DNA from: Promethearchaeota archaeon
Lineage (GTDB): Archaea > Asgardarchaeota > Lokiarchaeia > Sigyniarchaeales > SOKP01
Assembly: GCA_048937405.1 (NCBI GenBank)
Contig: JBHLNF010000021.1
Span: 1-43,364 of the forward strand
Direction of reading: 5' to 3'
DNA length: 43,364 nucleotides
The notes beneath the pieces are model-generated. The model was not told the DNA's origin. It searched no databases and saw nothing but the letters and a program-made list of their open reading frames with translations. Shown in pieces: positions 29,401 to 38,188 of this stretch (position 1 is its first letter; each line of letters starts with the position of its first letter). Made by a program: the position numbers and the translations under genes.

Positions 29401-30757
29401 GAAAGAAAGCAAAATTTTGTTGATACTCATTTCCATCAATAATAGCTTTCCATCTATTTTCTTCTAATCCTTCAAAATCACTCGCACCAGAGCATCGGAA
29501 ATGGACTCGTACATGATGCCATTCATCATCAACGGGATTAGGAATGTTAGGTATTACCTTTTCAGTATACCCATCTTGGCAATACCACTTACCACCACTT
29601 ATGAAAACTTTTATCATGGTTGCCCCTCCTGTTCTTATATTATTTAAAACATATTGAGAACTATCTGAAATTTTTATCCAATATTCTATAGTTCCATATT
29701 TTTGAGCACTAAAAGTATCTTCAACCAACCAATAATCGGAACCAGAATTATCTACTAATTCAAGTACGTTATCAAAAACTTCGCTATCATATGTTGTTTT
29801 TGTATATGTATTGTAAGTAAAATCAAAATTCAATCCCTCTTCTAATAACGGTTCAATGTCATAAGGATTAATGTTATTTCCAACTCTGTATCCTAGACCA
29901 CCATGACTAGAAGTATCCCATGAAAATCCTACGGCATCAATAAAATGGACATATCCCCCATAACCTGTGTTCCCGAGAGTTGAAAAATAAAGTCGATCTG
30001 GACCAATATTTGACGCACCATTATTTCTATACTTATAAGACCCATACTCTTGTCCATTTATATAGACTTTGTATTGATTATTAGTATCATCACATACGAT
30101 TTTAAGATGATACCATGTATTAGAGGATAACCCACTTTTTAGAGTTCGCCACGTAGTATCACAATACTCTATTTTCCCAGCAGTTTCCCAAAATCGTAAT
30201 TCTACAAGCGTGGTGGATCCTTCTAATAATTTAAACCTTAATTGGTCCTGGTTTGAAGATGAAGAAGTACCCCACCAAAATTCTACTGCAGCATTAGCTT
30301 TATAACCGTCAAAATAGTTATACAGGTAAACACGACACTGATAATCCTCATTATCGTCTTTTATTTCAAGTACTTTATTATGACTTTTCCATGATGAGAC
30401 AATTCTCGCATGACAACTTGAACTAGCAGAATATCCCTCTATAAACTTAATATTTTTTCCTATATCACCTACAGTTTCATCTCGAAAATCGTAAGTTCCA
30501 TAGTATACCTTCGATTTTGTTGCACAGTCATCAAAATCGTAAGTAGAAGGATAATATCTGTCCATAGATGATGTGTAAGTTTTACCTTCCACTGGAGAAT
30601 TAATTGTTATTTCAGGATCGCTGAGTTTAGGTAATTGTGTTCCTGCTGATTCTAGGTTGGATATCAAAAGTGGAAGTCCTCCCGTAAATGTAATAATTAG
30701 TAGAATTACAGCTAATAATATCTTGTTTTTTTCATTCTTTAATGTCATTTTTATCAT
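26408..30757 (-). CDS. Large secreted/surface protein with repeated beta-sandwich (lectin/LamG-like) modules
   Basis: N-terminal signal peptide; four ~170-200-aa repeats ending D..G(Y/F)SWD, three of them near-identical; three shorter C-terminal YT.(S/T)(Y/F)...GW repeats. Confidence 0.75.
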   Translation of the reverse strand: MIKMTLKNEKNKILLAVILLIITFTGGLPLLISNLESAGTQLPKLSDPEITINSPVEGKTYTSSMDRYYPSTYDFDDCATKSKVYYGTYDFRDETVGDIGKNIKFIEGYSASSSCHARIVSSWKSHNKVLEIKDDNEDYQCRVYLYNYFDGYKANAAVEFWWGTSSSSNQDQLRFKLLEGSTTLVELRFWETAGKIEYCDTTWRTLKSGLSSNTWYHLKIVCDDTNNQYKVYINGQEYGSYKYRNNGASNIGPDRLYFSTLGNTGYGGYVHFIDAVGFSWDTSSHGGLGYRVGNNINPYDIEPLLEEGLNFDFTYNTYTKTTYDSEVFDNVLELVDNSGSDYWLVEDTFSAQKYGTIEYWIKISDSSQYVLNNIRTGGATMIKVFISGGKWYCQDGYTEKVIPNIPNPVDDEWHHVRVHFRCSGASDFEGLEENRWKAIIDGNEYQQNFAFFQERSKTYLNTVTFSSGSAQKNYKVYLDLLGYSWDLAYSNRGYYPAKYGFEDENPNNEGYDIRFIEGYSASSNCHAKIISSWRSHKKVLEIKDNNPAYQACVSMFNYFDGYKANAAVEFWWGTSSSSNQDQLRFKLLEGSTTLVELRFWQTAGQIDYCDTTWRKIKSGLTSDTWYHIKIVCDDTNNQYKVNIDGIEYGPYNYRNNGESNIGPDRLYFSSLGNNGYGDSDYIHYLDAVGYSWDSNYNIGDNRHEGLLLDITPNNIEASYKVDGGNWASIFGDTVIPIPENGQHTITVSASGYEDGVVNFQTRIIEEPFGGEEFQEPDDGYYLGTYSFEDENPNDEGYAINFINEYGASSGCSAKISQSYENHHKVLEIKDNNPADQARVYLCNYFDGGAKPDAQVEFWWSTYSMSHQDQLRFKLLEGSTTLVELRFWQTNGKLEYCDGDWKAIKNDLSRATWYHIKIECHDSSNEYYVYINGIPYGPYDYRTGSSTGPDRLLFSTLGDVGYGDEDYSHHIDAVGYSWDPNYAMGDNRYEGILLEVDNSGYEWMGYSYDNEPIVTIYGDKVIPCESGAHSIQLIGKHTTGAYYYSKRVYYNTPNYAKGFLYAQSTESHVILSSGSWVDEHAAITSVANPGDYLVLYTASYKVEPVENYEGYGWVKLITDQGVIQKTKRLHDCLNSGLGPDNFIYGTMIVIDVLTLGSGGVKAEISFSPEWAEDLYIYERSICAIPFENDYKYINSMNYRSWAYEDDSYPDQDIHIEGLTGEYFAIYTSSFKVNDDTTDLLGVHCNGWAFFASNSQDYNNTRRRWEFPAGLFQNEMRGTIVIADMLSLNNEDLSVKLYLDQRDDEKITIMERSMILIPLKYDYKYENRSSTTEDLNEDIVFENNNHKNFVIYTATYGLQDPDEYSQPYLVDDQAQGWGWTAFNDGNSEIVFTKRNFNFPGGYGAYFWKTKVHIEILDLYGKELKVEYNWNPSDNEWFRLYYRSMIVIPFVP

Positions 30758-30968
30758 TTCAAATTTGTTTTTTTTTGTAAATTTTTATAGAATATTTCAA
30801 AATCGTTCTTTTTCCCTAATAAAACCATGTGGGAAAACTCTGAATAGTGCTATTTTGTATGAGTAGAACACTCATTCTATTTAATTTTAAAATAACACAT
30901 CCAGACAATTTTCAATTTTGAATTTCTATTTGTTTTGCCTTTATTTTTGTCGAATAAAGGCAAGTTAT

Positions 30969-31158
30969 GTAATATGATCAATCCATATAAAAAGGTGACT
31001 CTCAAGGGGATACCTGATTTTATTTGAAGGAAAGGGGACTCCTACCAGCAGGACCTCAATACAAGGTTAAAACTGTAATAGAGGGAAGAGGGCGAAATCA
31101 GAGTTTACAAAGGTACACAACCCAAAGACAAAAATCCGGGGTGCGTGATAGGAGTCAT
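30969..31158. repeat. Repeat B copy 1 (~190-bp core, weaker similarity ~30909-31192)
   Basis: Homologous to 33742-33929; contains an internal 11-bp inverted repeat. Confidence 0.9.
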
Positions 31159-31347
31159 GTTGGTATAAAGTATTATTTTTCACCCATATAATTCAAAAAA
31201 ACTATGATTTTTAATATGTTGTGTCCCAGAGTATATAAAGAAAAAAAATAGGGTAGATACAAAATCCAGTGATGATGAATCAAATTGAATATGAATAACA
31301 ATACTAATTAAAAAGAAAATTTTTAAAAGAAGTGTTCAAAACATAAT

Positions 31348-33636
31348 ATGATTATTTACAGCAAAAAATTAATCGATGCGAGACTCCAAATGAAACTTAC
31401 AAATCTTACTATAAACGATATATTTACCGATAACGAGAAATTGACCTTTCTGGTAGGGGCAGGATGTTCTGTTGATCCACCATCAAATCTCCCCGCGGGA
31501 CGAAAGATGATAGAAGCCATTATTAACTATACCTGTGCTGACTCAGAAAAACAGAAAATTTTAGAATTAGATAAACTTAGGTTTGAGCAGTTAGTAGAAA
31601 TTGTTCGAGATGTTTTAGATCCTGAGCTTAAAATAATTGATTACTATGGTCAATGCGATACTCCCAACCTCCAACATTTCTTTCTGGCAAATATGATTAA
31701 AAAAGGACATTTTGTTATAACTACTAACTTTGATTTTTTAATTGAGTATGCTCTGCTTCAATCCAACGTCCCGAAAGATGATATTATTCCTGTTATAACA
31801 AAAAAAGATTTTGAGGAATTTGATAACCCAATTAAGCTATATGAAAAAGGGAAAAAAACATTATATAAAATTCATGGCTCTACTGAAAATATAATTAGGG
31901 ACGAGGAAACAAGAGATTCTCTTATTGCCACAATTCAAGCGTTCGGTTCAGGCAAGGAAGGAGAAAGCGTATTCCAAGTAGAACCGTTCAAGCGATCTTT
32001 ATTTGACAATATTTCGAATAATTGTACTCTGGTGGTTATGGGATATTCGGGAAGTGATGATTTTGACGTAGTTCCTACATTAATGGTATTAAAAAATCTG
32101 AAAAACATTGTCTGGATTAATTATGTATTTGACGATGGTGGTTTAGAAAAGATTTACGAGATTGATGGTTCTACAGTTCAAGAAATCAAAAAGTTAGATA
32201 AAGTTACTCAAATACTTGTCGATATCTATCGAATAAATAATACAGATCATGTGTATCGAGTGGATGTTAATACGACAAGAATGATTGAAGAATTATTTGA
32301 TCCTAAGCATAAACTAGGTTCTGATAGCTTTTCTATAAACCCTATAACTTGGCTTAAAAATAATATTAATTTACCAAACAAATTTGAAGAATATATTATT
32401 CCCTATGAAATGTACTATTATTTTGATATGTACCAAGATGCGATGAAATGTTTAGAAAAAATTTTGTTTTTATCAAATAAAAAAAAAAAACTCGATTGGA
32501 AAACAACAGCGCTTAACAACATCGGCGAAATTTATAGAGTACAGGGGAATTATCCAGAGGCGTTAAAACGATATGAAGAGGCGTTGAAAATTGCCGAACA
32601 ATCGGGAGATCTTTCTGGAAAAGCTAAATGTCTTAACAACATTGGCGAAATTTATAGAGTACAGGGGAATTATCCAAAGGCGCTAAAACGATATGAAGAG
32701 GCGTTGAAAATTGCCGAACAACTGGGAGATCTTTCTGTAAAAGCTACATTTCTTAACAACATTGCTAGTATTCATTATATTCAGGGGAATTATCCAGAGG
32801 TGTTAAAACGATATGAAGAGGCGCTGAGAATTGCCGAACAATTGGGAGATCTTTCTGGAAAAGCTACATGTCTTAACAAATTCGGAATGATTTACAAAGC
32901 ACAAGGGAATTATCCAGAGGCATTAAAGCGATATGAAGAGGCACTGAGAATTGCCGAACAATTGGGAGATCTTTCTGGAAAAGCTATACACCTTAATAAC
33001 ATCGCTAATATTTATCATACACAGGGAAATTATCCAGAAGCGTTAAAACGATATGAAGAGGTCATGGGAATTGCCGAACAATTGGGAGATCTTTCTGGAA
33101 AAGCTACAATTCTTAACAACATCGGAGAAATATATAGAGCACAGGGGAATTATCCAGAGGCGCTAAAACGATATGAAGAGGCGCTGAGAATTGCCGAACA
33201 ATTGGGAAATCTTTCTATAAAAGCTACATGTCTTAACAACATCGGACTGATTTACGAAGCACAGGGGAATTATCCAGAGGCGCTAAAACGATATGAAGAG
33301 GCGCTGAGAATTGCCGAACAACTGGGAGATCTTTCTGTAAAAGCTACATTTCTTAACAACATTGCTAGTATTCACTATGCTCAGGGGAATTATCCAGAGG
33401 CGCTAAAACGATATGAAGAGGCGCTGAGAATTGCCGAACAACTGGGAGATCTTTCTATAAAAGCTACATTTCTTAACAACATTGCTAGTATTCACTATGC
33501 TCAGGGGAATTATCCAGAGGCGTTAAAACGATATGAAGAGGTGCTAGAAATTCTAGATAAACTTGGATTAAGCGAATCCCCGAATGCTAAAACCTTTAAA
33601 AAGAATATTGAGATTGTTAAAAGTAGAATAAAATAA
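31348..33636 (+). CDS. SIR2-like domain plus TPR array protein
   Basis: FLVGAGCS, ITTNFD, KIHGS, MGYSGSDDFD; nine 40-aa TPR units. Confidence 0.9.
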   Translation: MIIYSKKLIDARLQMKLTNLTINDIFTDNEKLTFLVGAGCSVDPPSNLPAGRKMIEAIINYTCADSEKQKILELDKLRFEQLVEIVRDVLDPELKIIDYYGQCDTPNLQHFFLANMIKKGHFVITTNFDFLIEYALLQSNVPKDDIIPVITKKDFEEFDNPIKLYEKGKKTLYKIHGSTENIIRDEETRDSLIATIQAFGSGKEGESVFQVEPFKRSLFDNISNNCTLVVMGYSGSDDFDVVPTLMVLKNLKNIVWINYVFDDGGLEKIYEIDGSTVQEIKKLDKVTQILVDIYRINNTDHVYRVDVNTTRMIEELFDPKHKLGSDSFSINPITWLKNNINLPNKFEEYIIPYEMYYYFDMYQDAMKCLEKILFLSNKKKKLDWKTTALNNIGEIYRVQGNYPEALKRYEEALKIAEQSGDLSGKAKCLNNIGEIYRVQGNYPKALKRYEEALKIAEQLGDLSVKATFLNNIASIHYIQGNYPEVLKRYEEALRIAEQLGDLSGKATCLNKFGMIYKAQGNYPEALKRYEEALRIAEQLGDLSGKAIHLNNIANIYHTQGNYPEALKRYEEVMGIAEQLGDLSGKATILNNIGEIYRAQGNYPEALKRYEEALRIAEQLGNLSIKATCLNNIGLIYEAQGNYPEALKRYEEALRIAEQLGDLSVKATFLNNIASIHYAQGNYPEALKRYEEALRIAEQLGDLSIKATFLNNIASIHYAQGNYPEALKRYEEVLEILDKLGLSESPNAKTFKKNIEIVKSRIK
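32512..33549 (+). repeat. Nine tandem 120-bp coding repeats (TPR)
   Basis: CTTAA(C/T)AA recurs every 120 bp from 32512 to 33472; the GGGAATTATCCAGAGGCG...CGATATGAAGAG block is near-invariant. Confidence 0.95.
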
Positions 33637-33741
33637 ATTGATTTTTTTTACCTTTTAAAATCATTTATTTCATCCTCTTTCTATTTTAAATTGAATTTCT
33701 AATACTTATATCTTTGTTTTTAGCAAATAAAGGTAATTTAA

Positions 33742-33929
33742 GTAATATGAAGAATCCATATAAAAAGGTGACTCTCAAGGGGATAGCTGATTTGATATGA
33801 TAAGAAGGCGACTCTTACCAGCAGAACCAATACAAGGTCCAAAAATTAATAGAGGGAAGAGGGCGAAATTAGGGTGTACAAATGTAAACAACCAAAAGAC
33901 AAAAATCCAGAGTGTGTGATAGGAGTCAT
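33742..33929. repeat. Repeat B copy 2
   Basis: Shares AATCCATATAAAAAGGTGACTCTCAAGGGGATA, TAATAGAGGGAAGAGGGCGAAAT, AAAGACAAAAATCC and GTGATAGGAGTCAT with copy 1. Confidence 0.9.
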
Positions 33930-34068
33930 TTTTAATAGAGTTAATAAAAATTTCACCTACAAATCACAATTTCTTCTTTTTAACAACATGAGTAATTATT
34001 AATGATAAGAAACCAATGAATATCAATAAAAAACTTATATTATAGCTACTAATCGAAGTCAAATTTTG

Positions 34069-34282
34069 AATTGCTTGAAACAACCCCTCAATACTCACCT
34101 CACCCATTGTCGTAAATTTTCAAGGAGATATCGGGGAACTGACCTTTTTCTTTTTTCACATAAAGGAGAGAAATAGAAAAGTGAAAATAGGAACTAAAAA
34201 ATTTAAGTTCGTTATCAAGCTTATTTAACGAATGATTGACCGAGATCTGTAATTTTTATAGATTTAGACCTTCCATTTTTTT
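34069..34282. repeat. Repeat A copy 2 (21-bp right-end motif, core, left end)
   Basis: AATTGCTTGAAACAACCCCTC, then the core at 34090-34144, then the flank shared with copy 1. Confidence 0.93.
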
Positions 34283-34488
34283 CTCTTTTGATTAAGTTGG
34301 TTTTTTCTAAAGCTGATAAATGTTCAGAAACGGTGCTTTTTTTGAAATTATTAAGGTATAAAAAAATTAATGAAATACTAATAGAATGTAATAATCTAAA
34401 TAATCAAAATTTTTAATATAAAGATTTTAAAAATTCTTTGAGTCAGTAATTTTATATATACTATGTTAATATAAATACATTAGAAATA

Positions 34489-35502
34489 ATGGCTAATAAT
34501 TCAAAAAAAGATATTATTAATCGTAAAAAGAAGCTATTTGTAAAAAATGAAAAAGTTCTCCTTGATCCAGAAGCAAAAAGTTTGGCAGACTTCGAATGGT
34601 CGCCAAATCTTAAACTACTTGCATATTCTGGTCCATATATAAATAAAATCGAGAATCTTAACACTTTAATAAATTTGGAACATTTAAGACTAATTGGAGG
34701 AAGAATCTCAAAAATAGAGAATCTTGAGAATCTTCAAAGTTTGAAGTTTTTGGATCTAAGTGCAAATAATATCTCTGAAATTGAAGGATTAGAAAATCTC
34801 AAGAATTTAGAAGTTTTACGATTTGGAAATACATTTGAATTAACTGGTGGAAATCCGATAAAAGAAATTAAAGGCTTGGAAAATTTAAAAATTTTGAAAG
34901 AATTAAGATTTATTCAAAACGAAATAATCGCTATAAGCGGTCTGGAAAAGCTAAAAAGGTTAGAGATTTTAGATCTTAGATCTAATTCAATTACTGAAAT
35001 AGAAGGTCTCGTCAGTTTAACTAATTTAAAAGAGCTTTATCTTGGTGGAAATAAAATTATAGAAATTAGAAGGCTTAACGATCTTAAAAAACTGGAAATC
35101 TTAGAATTAGGAGGCAATAAAATAACAAGAATAAATGGTCTTGATAATTTAAGTAATCTGAAGGAATTACACTTGGATTTTAATGACATCACAGAAATAA
35201 CAAACCTTAATTCACTCGAGAAATTAGAAAGATTATATTTATTTAATAATAATATAAAAGAGATACAAGGTTTAGAAAATCTGAAGAATCTAATAGAATT
35301 GGATTTGAGTCAAAATAAAATACAGGAGATAAAAGGTTTAGAGAACCTAAAGAATCTAACAGATTTAAATTTAAGCTATAATAAGATTTTAGAAATTAAA
35401 GGAATTGAGAATCTAGTGAATTTAAAGCGATTAGGACTTCATGATAATCCCATTAAGAAGTTCTCAGGAATAGAATCACCAAAAGATTTGATAATCTATT
35501 GA
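34489..35502 (+). CDS. Leucine-rich repeat protein (SDS22-like, 22-aa units)
   Basis: Repeated L..L.L..N.I.EI.GLE.L. Confidence 0.93.
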   Translation: MANNSKKDIINRKKKLFVKNEKVLLDPEAKSLADFEWSPNLKLLAYSGPYINKIENLNTLINLEHLRLIGGRISKIENLENLQSLKFLDLSANNISEIEGLENLKNLEVLRFGNTFELTGGNPIKEIKGLENLKILKELRFIQNEIIAISGLEKLKRLEILDLRSNSITEIEGLVSLTNLKELYLGGNKIIEIRRLNDLKKLEILELGGNKITRINGLDNLSNLKELHLDFNDITEITNLNSLEKLERLYLFNNNIKEIQGLENLKNLIELDLSQNKIQEIKGLENLKNLTDLNLSYNKILEIKGIENLVNLKRLGLHDNPIKKFSGIESPKDLIIY

Positions 35503-35799
35503 ATAAAATAGGGTTATATAAGAAAACTAATAAAGATCATTTCATATTAGCAATTTTAAATACGATATAATAAAATTTTATCATCAAGTTATCCGATTCC
35601 ATATTGAAAGTATTAGATAAGAATTCATTCGGTTTAGTATTTGAATCAATTTTTGTAATATTAATTATTCATTGCTTATATGATTAGATCCTTTAAGAAA
35701 GAAGTTTGAATGAGATTCATTAACAATTTCATATCCCCTCTTTATATCCCTACTCCCCAAAAATCTTAACTTTTTATATTTATAACCTTTATTCTTTAA

Positions 35800-36219
35800 T
35801 CATAAAAAATGAGTTATTTTCATATTGGTTTCAATATCTTCTATATATCGAAAAGACTGTGGAGGATAGAATTCAGGAAATATTGATTTTGGATCTATTG
35901 GTTCCTTAAAAAACTTCAAATCTGAAATTTTAATGGCAAGTCCCTTCTCTTTTTTATCGAAATATTTAAAAAATTCTGATTCCTCAATCCCAGATAAATC
36001 TTTACATTTTTCCCATAAAATTTTAGGATGATCTTCTATTACTATATTAAAAACAAAACTAGCTACAATCTTTTTCACGGGTGAGCTTGAATATATGAAA
36101 ATTTTATTGATCTTTTCAAAATATTTTTTATTACCAAGTGTTTTTCGAAATTCATATTTTTTTTTTCCCCTTTTTATCTCATCTACATATTTTGGCTTAA
36201 CTGAAAGTAAAACGTTCAT
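35800..36219 (-). CDS. ASCH-domain protein
   Basis: LLSVKPKYVDEIKRGKKKYEFRK, IYSSSPVKKIV, PPQSFRY. Confidence 0.9.
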   Translation of the reverse strand: MNVLLSVKPKYVDEIKRGKKKYEFRKTLGNKKYFEKINKIFIYSSSPVKKIVASFVFNIVIEDHPKILWEKCKDLSGIEESEFFKYFDKKEKGLAIKISDLKFFKEPIDPKSIFPEFYPPQSFRYIEDIETNMKITHFL

Positions 36220-37717
36220 TAATTCTTCCCACTTCCTTTATAATTAAATACTTTTTGTGATCAATCTCAGTGATTGATTGAGGTGGACCTTTTAAGAGAT
36301 TTTTATTCAATAATGTATCATACGATACTGGATTTCTAAGATAAAAATGATGGTTAAAGAGAATTATGGTTGTTGGTTTTTTAACAAACTTTTCAATTTC
36401 AGAGAGAGAATATACAGTACGCTTCCCTACTAAATTAAAGACTTGTTCTTTCTCCAAAAGGTCATACTGAACCTTTTCGACAACACCTACTGATACAATT
36501 TCCTTCATGTCTTCAGATCTATAGAAAAGAATCACATCTCCAGGATCAATTTTCTTAGTTGAGGAATGAGTGATATAAGCTTTTCTAATCGTGTTTCCTT
36601 CAATAACAAATTCATTTATTGATTCATTTATAGTGAGTTGTCCCCTTCTGGGAAAATCTGTAAATAACCGGTTATGATATTTAGGCTGGATTGGAATGAT
36701 ATGTTTCTTGACATTTACTCCGTCATAAAAATTTGGAAAATATTGCTTAGAAACTTGGATAGGTTCTATTAATTGGACTTCCTCATTAGAAATTAATATT
36801 TTTTTTACAAATACATCTTCAGGTATTTCAGACCATTCTTGTTCTATTATAGCCTCTCTAGTAAAACCAAAATCTTCAATAAGAGCTACTAAAGAATCAT
36901 TTTCTTTACTAAAGTGAGTTAAATAAATTTCCAGAATTTGGTTTTTAATTGCGAGATTTATAGATAATTTAAGGAATAACTCTCCTATTTTTTGACCTGT
37001 GTAAGATACAATCATGGTTGTAATTTTTAAACGTTTCTTTTTAGGTAATATTGGTTTGGCAGCGATTTCTTGTTTTTCAAATTTATATATTAAAACCGCT
37101 CCAAGTTTTTCACCATTTTTATAATAAACCCAACAATTTCGACCTTCCCTTGCTTTTTTAATGAACCATTCATTGAATCCTGGATATTCATCTTTTAAAG
37201 TATCAAAAATAGGATCATCTAAATTAAGATTAGACATTGATGTTGCTTTTAATGCATAAGGTAGTTTGATTTTTTCTTTAGGGATTTCTTTTTCAAAAAG
37301 ATTTATAGCATCTAAAATAGAAAGTATTCTGTCAGAAATATCCAAGTTTTTCGCTTTTTTATGAATTCCAATATCTTCAGTAATCAAAAAATTAACAGCA
37401 TTACGATAAACAGCATATAGTAAACAATTATCAATTATATCATTAGGTTTTTTTATCTCTCCAACTAAGTCTAGAAATTCGGTATCCTTAGAAGGTTTTG
37501 GAAATTCTTCTAAGAGATTGTAAGTTTTAAATTTTGAAAGAGTAATTTGTTTTCTCTCTTCATTCTTGTCCCTTTCAATATCCTCAATAGATTTTTTATG
37601 TAAAATTATGCTAATATCTAATTGATTAAGAATCTTCATTAATATTTGCAGATCTTCGTCTATAATTTTGTTGTCTTCTCTTCCAATGATAATGTTTGTA
37701 TCTAGTAAAATTCTCAT
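36197..37717 (-). CDS. PIN-GNAT-EVE/PUA fusion protein
   Basis: ILLDTNIII...D...FLITED (PIN); FDTLKDEYPGFNEWF and LKITTMIV...GQKIGELF (GNAT); GNTIRKAY...GDVILFYRS...PPQSI (EVE/PUA). Confidence 0.85.
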   Translation of the reverse strand: MRILLDTNIIIGREDNKIIDEDLQILMKILNQLDISIILHKKSIEDIERDKNEERKQITLSKFKTYNLLEEFPKPSKDTEFLDLVGEIKKPNDIIDNCLLYAVYRNAVNFLITEDIGIHKKAKNLDISDRILSILDAINLFEKEIPKEKIKLPYALKATSMSNLNLDDPIFDTLKDEYPGFNEWFIKKAREGRNCWVYYKNGEKLGAVLIYKFEKQEIAAKPILPKKKRLKITTMIVSYTGQKIGELFLKLSINLAIKNQILEIYLTHFSKENDSLVALIEDFGFTREAIIEQEWSEIPEDVFVKKILISNEEVQLIEPIQVSKQYFPNFYDGVNVKKHIIPIQPKYHNRLFTDFPRRGQLTINESINEFVIEGNTIRKAYITHSSTKKIDPGDVILFYRSEDMKEIVSVGVVEKVQYDLLEKEQVFNLVGKRTVYSLSEIEKFVKKPTTIILFNHHFYLRNPVSYDTLLNKNLLKGPPQSITEIDHKKYLIIKEVGRINERFTFS

Positions 37718-37946
37718 CCAAATACCATTTTTAATTTAGGATTTTTCCTTTAAAATCAATTACTGAGCTTTTTTTATTTTATGTATTAATATGCGATATA
37801 AAATTATTTAAAGATTAAGAATCTGTAATTGAATTATAAGATTTTTTAAGCCTAGATGATTTCAAAAGGTGACAAAAATAAATAATCTGCATTGTATTTG
37901 TTTACTTTTTTTTCATTTTCTTTAATTTAGGAGAGAAAATTTAAAG

Positions 37947-38066
37947 TTGCAGGTCAATACGTTTTATCAAAAAATGAAACAATCACTACAAGAAAGGGAT
38001 TGCCAGAAAGTAGCTGCCGGTTTAAAAGCTCTCGAAAAATATGTCATTCCACTACCACAACACTAA
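37947..38066 (+). CDS. Possible small ORF or gene remnant (30-39 aa)
   Basis: TTG at 37947 or ATG at 37974, TAA at 38066; AGGAGA upstream and a T-tract downstream. Confidence 0.25.
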   Translation: MQVNTFYQKMKQSLQERDCQKVAAGLKALEKYVIPLPQH

Positions 38067-38188
38067 AAAAAAGTCTTTTTTTTATTTACTTTTTTTAATT
38101 TTCTTATTATCTTTATTTTTTTTGAAATTCTCAAAGTCAACACCGCCCAAAAATATAAATAGCAGTCTTACGTAAAAATACCATAGAT

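Larger units (their letters stand above)
22455..34089. mobile_element. Putative integrated element 1 (11,635 bp), no integrase
   Basis: Bounded by core repeats; shares left and right end sequences with element 2. Confidence 0.7.

Noticed and set aside
31060-31105. Cobalamin riboswitch similarity (AGGGAA...GGCGAAATC)
   Set aside because: The B12-box and GCCACTG elements are missing and no B12-related gene follows.
31105-31158. Short - strand ORF MTPITH... in both repeat B copies
   Set aside because: Stop positions differ between copies (17 vs 27 codons); conservation is explained by the repeat itself.
32512-33549. Diversity-generating retroelement
   Set aside because: No reverse transcriptase or separate template repeat, and differences between units are not confined to adenines.
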